Source of the DNA: an uncultured bacterium
GTDB taxonomy: Bacteria > Babelota > Babeliae > Babelales > RVW-14
Direction of reading: 5' to 3'
NCBI GenBank assembly: GCA_963759805.1
Contig: CAVXAT010000002.1
Span: 137,479-201,478 of the forward strand
Length of the DNA: 64,000 bases
In this document: one piece after another, positions 57,505-64,000 of the stretch
Position numbering within the stretch: the first letter of the stretch is position 1
Layout: each line of letters starts with the position of its first letter
Translations under genes and position numbers: made by a program
The notes under the pieces: model-generated
The model's input: only the letters and a program-made list of their open reading frames with translations
Told to the model about the DNA's origin: nothing
The model's database searches: none

Positions 57505-58837
57505 TCAACTGTTTATTCTCAATGACTTTTGTAAAGTTTTTTCCAACCAGACCCGCAACAAATATCCAACCAGCTATGCAACACAAAGCAAAGCCACCTA
57601 CCAAGCTGATGTAGCTTCCCATAAGCCCATTTACTAACGATCCTGAAGCCTTTGATAATCGCATACCAAACATATCAATCCAAGCTTTAGATTTATATTT
57701 AATACTCTTTATTGTAGGAATATATAAACTTTCCTTAGCCGGCTGGTTAAATGCATAGTTTAACGATTTTCCAATTAACATCAAATATGTAACCGTATGT
57801 AAAGAGGGGTGCAAAAGATATGCAACCAAGGCTGCCCCAATTAAAACAGGATAAACAACCAAACAAAATGGTATTCCATATTTACGCTGAAAATATGACG
57901 TTCCAAATAACGCAAAGACACATGCAATTACTTGTACAGCCAAAGCATAATTAAATAAAAATTTATTTACAGCTCCCGGATCTATGTAGGAAGCCTTGAC
58001 CATTAAAGAGAGCTGAAAACCAATAACCGTCGTAATAAATTCTTGGAAAAAAATTATTGCAAAAATTCCTGCAACATACGGTCTTGTTAGCAGTATTTTT
58101 AGACCTTCATTGAATCCAACATTCTCCTTTGCCATCTGTTCAGACTCTATTTTAACAACCTCCTCATAGCCCTGAGGATTATTTTTAATAATAAAGTGCT
58201 TTAAAACATAAACAATAACTGCCAACATTAAAAACATTGACACTGAGATTGCCGTAATAATCGGTACACTCTGCGCATATTTTGTGGGATCGTTTGAAAG
58301 AAAATTTCCAAGCAAAATAAACAATACACCACCAAGTTGCGTACCAAATGCTATCAAGCCATAACCCTTTTGGGCCGATTCCGGCGTTGTTACGTCATTG
58401 ATAAACGACCAATAAAGCGAAATCATCAATGTGATAAAGCTTTCAACAAATAAATAGTAAATCCACCCAATCCAACGCGATGGAGAAACGGTTGTATTTG
58501 TAAGTCCAATTACAGGATCACACAAAAAATATACAAGAATGAAACCAAGAACTACATAAAACCCAACCACAAAATAAATAAGTTTTTCTTTTTCTAACAA
58601 ATCCACAAGTTTTGAATAAAAAAGAACAACCGGGAAAAGCAGTGCTAATGAGATAAGTTTGGCATATGGAAGATAAAGAGGCCCTACAATATTAATAAAA
58701 ATGCTTTCTTTAAGTGTCTTAAGCGGCCAGAAAGCTCCAATCAAAAAGAAAAAACCCAAAGCAAGCAGTAAGAACTTCGAAAGCTCTTTGCCCTGCAGGT
58801 CACCCCAGAAAAATTTGACTACCCTTAAAATTTTCAT
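57497..58837 (-). CDS. ATP/ADP translocase family nucleotide transporter (Tlc/NTT), paralog A
   Basis: KELSKFLLLALGFFFLIGAFWPLKTLKESIF.., ESFITLMISLYWSFINDVTTPESAQKGYGLIAFGTQLG, YAFNQPAKESLYIPTIKSIKYKSKAWIDMFGMRLSKASGS. 8-nt overlap with paralog B. Confidence 0.8.
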   Translation of the reverse strand: MKILRVVKFFWGDLQGKELSKFLLLALGFFFLIGAFWPLKTLKESIFINIVGPLYLPYAKLISLALLFPVVLFYSKLVDLLEKEKLIYFVVGFYVVLGFILVYFLCDPVIGLTNTTVSPSRWIGWIYYLFVESFITLMISLYWSFINDVTTPESAQKGYGLIAFGTQLGGVLFILLGNFLSNDPTKYAQSVPIITAISVSMFLMLAVIVYVLKHFIIKNNPQGYEEVVKIESEQMAKENVGFNEGLKILLTRPYVAGIFAIIFFQEFITTVIGFQLSLMVKASYIDPGAVNKFLFNYALAVQVIACVFALFGTSYFQRKYGIPFCLVVYPVLIGAALVAYLLHPSLHTVTYLMLIGKSLNYAFNQPAKESLYIPTIKSIKYKSKAWIDMFGMRLSKASGSLVNGLMGSYISLVGGFALCCIAGWIFVAGLVGKNFTKVIENKQLID

Positions 58838-59038
58838 AAAAACCTTAAAATAAAAAAACTATCCCTAAATCACTTTTCAAATAAAACAACCAACCAAAAG
58901 TGACGTATAAGGAAAACCCTTAATTTCTTAATTTATTGAGGAATTTTGTTTTGAATTAATTATTTGAGAATTTGATTCTATCCTAAACAAAATTAATAGT
59001 CAAAACAAAAACACTATTGAAATCCATTAATTTCTAAA

Positions 59039-59296
59039 TTAAAAATCAAGAATAGCGACTGCTTTATTATTTTCCACACTGAAAATACCGCCGCTAACAA
59101 ATAGCTCCACACCATCATCAAGCCCAACTTTTTTGTAAAGCAGGCTATTTCCCTTTTTTATAACCGATATCAATGGACTGTGGCCCGGCCCAACCAAAAA
59201 GCACCCACTCAAACCCTCAACCTCAACCCACTCAACTGTTATCAACTGAGTTCCCATCGGAGAGATAATTTCTAAATCAAAATGATTTTCGTGCAT
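59039..59296 (-). CDS. atpC: F-type ATP synthase subunit epsilon, N-terminal beta-sandwich domain only
   Basis: Located directly downstream of atpD. FDLEIISPMG...VEVEGLSGCFLVGPGHSPLISVIKKG..L.......LFVSGGIFSVENNKAVAIL fits the epsilon N-terminal domain. At 85 aa it has no room for the about 45-aa C-terminal helical hairpin. Confidence 0.75.
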   Translation of the reverse strand: MHENHFDLEIISPMGTQLITVEWVEVEGLSGCFLVGPGHSPLISVIKKGNSLLYKKVGLDDGVELFVSGGIFSVENNKAVAILDF

Positions 59297-59313
59297 AAAA
59301 AATCCCTAAATGG

Positions 59314-60855
<1,542 letters not shown>

Positions 60856-60890
60856 CTAAAACTATTTAAATAAATTAGTTTTGTAAATAC

Positions 60891-62156
60891 TTAAATAAAT
60901 AAACTGACTATTGCAGCATTCAAAAGATTTGCAAGAGTACCACCAAGCAGTGCCGTTAGCCCAAGTTTTGTTAATGTTATCCGTTTTTCAGGACAAATGG
61001 CACCAAGTCCACCGATTTGAATTCCGATACAAGAAAAATTTGAAAAACCGGCAAGCGCATAAGTCAAAATTGCTTTGCTGCGATCTGTAAGCAAAGACTT
61101 TGCAAATTCAGAATATGCGACAAATTCATTAATAACAAGTTTTTTACCAAGCAAAACGCCTGCAGTTCCACTGTCGGCCCAAGGAACGCCAATCAACAAT
61201 GCAACCCAACGGAACGCCTGTGCGAACAAGCAATTTAACGTTAACGGCTCCTTTAAAACCGGCATAATGTGATAAGAGATTAGAAAGCTTGTTGATGCAA
61301 ATAGGACATAATCAACCAATGCAATCAAACTTATAAATGCAACCAGCATTGCGGCAACATTAACTGCCAAACGAAGCCCATCTCCCGTTCCGGATGCGAT
61401 AGCATCCAAAACATTACTCGCTGTTTTTTCCATTTTTACACTGCTGCCTGCCATTGTTTCTGGTGTTTCGGTCTCCGGAATCAAAATTTTTGAAATTAAA
61501 ATTGCCCCAGGAATTGCCATAACACTTGCAGAAATTAAGTGAACAAGCGGCACCCCCATCATCCCATAAACGGCCATAATGGCACCACTCAGGTGAGCCA
61601 TACCACTAACCATGACGGTTAACATTTCTGAATTTGTCATTTTTGCAAGATAATGGCGAATTAACAACGGCGCCTCGGTTTGACCGAGCATGCTGTTGGC
61701 AGCCACCGATAATGTTTCTGCCCCGGATGTTCCAAGAATTGGCCTAATCACCCAGGCCAAACCTTTTACTAGAAGCTGTACAAAGCCAATGTGATACAGC
61801 AAAGACATTAATGCGCCAAAAAAGATAATTATTGGCAAAACCTTAATGGCAAAAACAAACCCCCAAGGCCCACCGGAATTTGCCAGATTTCCAAAAACAA
61901 ACGCACATCCACTGTCTGCAAATCCATACAACGCCCTAAATCCCTGGGAAATTTGTATAAAAATATCCCGACCCAAAGTCGTTTTTAAGATAAGAAAAGA
62001 CAGAATAAGTTGCATGATTATTGCAGAAAAAACTAATCTCAGCTTAATGTTTTTTTTATGCCGCGAGAATAAGAAAGCAATTCCAAGAATTACCCCAATG
62101 CCAATAATACTCATGAAATGGTTATCTTGAAGCAAATAATCGATAATAAAAGTCAT
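60891..62156 (-). CDS. nupC: NupC/CNT-family concentrative nucleoside transporter
   Basis: GAETLSVAANSMLGQTEAPLLIRHYLAKMTNSEMLTVMVSGMAHLSGAIMAVY and C-terminal ..FSNFSCIGIQIGGLGAICPEKR.. are typical NupC blocks. Confidence 0.85.
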   Translation of the reverse strand: MTFIIDYLLQDNHFMSIIGIGVILGIAFLFSRHKKNIKLRLVFSAIIMQLILSFLILKTTLGRDIFIQISQGFRALYGFADSGCAFVFGNLANSGGPWGFVFAIKVLPIIIFFGALMSLLYHIGFVQLLVKGLAWVIRPILGTSGAETLSVAANSMLGQTEAPLLIRHYLAKMTNSEMLTVMVSGMAHLSGAIMAVYGMMGVPLVHLISASVMAIPGAILISKILIPETETPETMAGSSVKMEKTASNVLDAIASGTGDGLRLAVNVAAMLVAFISLIALVDYVLFASTSFLISYHIMPVLKEPLTLNCLFAQAFRWVALLIGVPWADSGTAGVLLGKKLVINEFVAYSEFAKSLLTDRSKAILTYALAGFSNFSCIGIQIGGLGAICPEKRITLTKLGLTALLGGTLANLLNAAIVSLFI

Positions 62157-62224
62157 GCCCGCACCTTTTGAGTTAACTTTTTTAAAAAATTTAAAACGAA
62201 CTAACCCAATGATATAAAAAAAGA

Positions 62225-62248
62225 GCCTTTAGATAAAGGCCCTTTTTT
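62225..62248. terminator. Putative bidirectional terminator hairpin
   Basis: GCCTTT (62225-62230), loop AGAT, AAAGGC (62235-62240), then T6; an A-run lies upstream. Sits downstream of the minus-strand gene 62271..63092. Confidence 0.5.
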
Positions 62249-62270
62249 ATTTAATTTTTTAATTTCGAGA

Positions 62271-63092
62271 TTATGCTTTGACCGGCGTCATCTTTCCACC
62301 AAAGACATAGCTAGCCCCAATCGAAATTCCATTTACCATGCCCAAAATTAAAATTTTATTTGGGTTATCTTTAATATTTGCCAAAACCACACAAACTCCA
62401 GGAACCAACGCAGCAAGGGCAAGGTTAACTATTTTAGAATCTCTATCTACATCATCCTCTGGAATAATAGCTTTAGCTGCAAATGGCAAAACAGTAAGAG
62501 CCAGATCTATTCCTCTATCAAAAATAAACTCTTGGTTAGAATCGTAATAATTCAAAGGCTTATTGTCATCATTAATAATCATTATTAAATGACTTCTGAG
62601 GGCAAATTCAATCTTTACTCCAATCGACCAAATCTTGAGCTCATACTTTCTTGCTTTTAGTTTTCCTTCTGGATTGGCAAAATAGAGCGTGAAATTTGGA
62701 TCCATCTCATCAAAAATACATGCAAAATTAAAGTCAATTTGCCAGTCAGTACATTTTGCAACAAAACCTTTTAAATACTCAATTAAGTCATCTTTAACTT
62801 TTTGAACTTTTGTCTCTTGATCAACCGGTAATTTTTGAAGCAATAAATCATTGCATACTTTAATCAATCCTTCTTCGAGGGATTCTTCTTTGACAAAATT
62901 ATATGGAGATCGAACAAAATCCCAAATACGCTCGCTCTCAGCCTTTTGTTCAATTAAATGTTTTGCAATTTCATAAATATCTCTGATTCTTCCCTTTATA
63001 TTATCAGATGTTATTGTCGCAAATGCACTTGATAAACTTACGGAAGACATCAATGTCACAAAAAATAATTTTTTTAATATTCCAGAAAACAT
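62271..63092 (-). CDS. Hypothetical secreted protein, paralog family member 1
   Basis: Signal peptide (FFVTLMSSVSLSSAFA). Shares collinear blocks with the next gene (..FNFACIFDEMDPNFTLYFANPEGKLKARKYELKIWSIGVKIE.. and the C-terminal YVFGGKMTPVKA). Confidence 0.45.
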   Translation of the reverse strand: MFSGILKKLFFVTLMSSVSLSSAFATITSDNIKGRIRDIYEIAKHLIEQKAESERIWDFVRSPYNFVKEESLEEGLIKVCNDLLLQKLPVDQETKVQKVKDDLIEYLKGFVAKCTDWQIDFNFACIFDEMDPNFTLYFANPEGKLKARKYELKIWSIGVKIEFALRSHLIMIINDDNKPLNYYDSNQEFIFDRGIDLALTVLPFAAKAIIPEDDVDRDSKIVNLALAALVPGVCVVLANIKDNPNKILILGMVNGISIGASYVFGGKMTPVKA

Positions 63093-63164
63093 AATTAAGC
63101 CTCTCTATAATAAAAATTTACTTTTATACTCACATATATTTCAAACAAGTCTCACATCCATTAA

Positions 63165-64000
63165 TTATCCTTTGATCGGCGTCATTTTACCGCCAAAAAC
63201 ATAAGCTGCTTCCGCCCCTTTAGTGAAATTTGGTCCGTACCCACCAAATCCGAATGCAATCCCACATATCACAAGCACGCTATTAGTTTCTTTGATCTTA
63301 GCAGATGTCAAACATATACCAATGAACCCTCTTTCTTTCTGACATTCTTTAGTCTTTGGTTTATCTTTAGAATCATCATCCGAATACCACACCAACGCTG
63401 ATGCGTGTTCTGCAAGTGCATTTGTAAGAGATTTTGCCTCGTATTCCAAAAAATTTGGGTACCAGCCCACATCCAACCCAGCCCCCAGATCATACTCTTT
63501 ATTTGCCGAATCATAATAATTAAAATCAGAGCCAATAATCATGATCCCATTAATTTTTATAACTAGCTCAAACTTAAATCCAATCGACCGAACGGTAAGC
63601 GCATATTTTCTTGTTTTAACTTCTCCTGCTGGATTTTTGAATTTAATTGTAAAATCCGGATTTTGTGCATTGTAAATAAATGCGAAATTGAAATCAAGCT
63701 CGCCCAAGTCTATACCACTTGCAATGAAACTTCTCAAATAACTGATTAATTCGTTTTTGATATTTTCAACATCACTTGCCTTTGAACCAAGATCCTCTCG
63801 ATAGAGAAGTATTTGATTACAAAATCCAATAAGTTCTTCTTCTACTAGAATCGCACCTTCTTTAACAACTGATCTGTCCAATGAAAAAATCTTTGGATTG
63901 TCAACATTCTTGTCCATGAGATCTTGAGCTATTTCTTTTAGCTGAGTTTTACATTCGCTAACTGTACGAGCCGACATAAATACAAAACTTGCAGATGCAA
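63165..64000 (-). CDS. Hypothetical secreted protein, paralog family member 2 (5' end beyond the window)
   Basis: The frame stays open upstream of ATG 63977 (..ASASFVF-MSARTV.., aligning with ..LSSAFATITS.. of the paralog), so the signal peptide probably starts past nt 64000. Blocks FNFAFIYNAQNPDFTIKFKNPAGEVKTRKYALTVRSIGFKFE and YVFGGKMTPIKG. Confidence 0.45.
   Translation of the reverse strand, partial: ASASFVFMSARTVSECKTQLKEIAQDLMDKNVDNPKIFSLDRSVVKEGAILVEEELIGFCNQILLYREDLGSKASDVENIKNELISYLRSFIASGIDLGELDFNFAFIYNAQNPDFTIKFKNPAGEVKTRKYALTVRSIGFKFELVIKINGIMIIGSDFNYYDSANKEYDLGAGLDVGWYPNFLEYEAKSLTNALAEHASALVWYSDDDSKDKPKTKECQKERGFIGICLTSAKIKETNSVLVICGIAFGFGGYGPNFTKGAEAAYVFGGKMTPIKG

Overview
AT-rich, gene-dense bacterial chromosome segment with about 60 protein genes and one tRNA. 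I saw no rRNA, CRISPR array, transposase or phage genes. Housekeeping content: a GspE/PilB ATPase fragment, uvrC, an nfeD-stomatin pair, a BamD-like lipoprotein, yraN, ftsL-ftsI, a thioredoxin lipoprotein, cysS, class III RNR nrdD/nrdG, recD2-zwf-gnd, sbcD, glmU, tRNA-Ser(CGA), SulP and MFS transporters, and peptidoglycan hydrolases (M23, NlpC/P60, amidase). The F-type ATP synthase is split: atpE-b'-b-atpH-atpA at 32.6-35.8 kb, and atpD-atpC at 59.0-60.8 kb on the other strand. Interleaved genes are typical of an obligately host-associated (protist/amoeba-associated) diderm; my best guess is a Dependentiae (TM6)-like organism, which is inference only. These genes are two tandem ATP/ADP translocase (Tlc/NTT) paralogs beside a NupC nucleoside transporter, four tandem signal-peptide-bearing WD40 proteins, two tandem secreted DXD (GT32-like) glycosyltransferases plus an FkbM methyltransferase, a secreted single-HKD PLD-like protein, and an AAA+ ATPase whose architecture and motifs match eukaryotic mitochondrial ATAD3. 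Main sequence-level observations: (i) a family of GC-rich hairpin-forming repeats sits in-frame inside uvrC and gnd and also intergenically, which resembles Rickettsia palindromic elements; (ii) atpH is interrupted by a 1-nt frameshift in an A7 tract; (iii) the epsilon subunit lacks its C-terminal domain, and atpD-atpC lie next to the nucleotide importers; (iv) the ATAD3-like ATPase heads a small operon with two unknown membrane proteins; (v) there are several secreted paralog families of unknown function, a perfect 57-bp tandem duplication, a fragmented gene next to the tRNA, and two cases where a signal-peptide mini-ORF is out of frame with the gene body. All homology calls come from motif recognition by eye; no searches were run.
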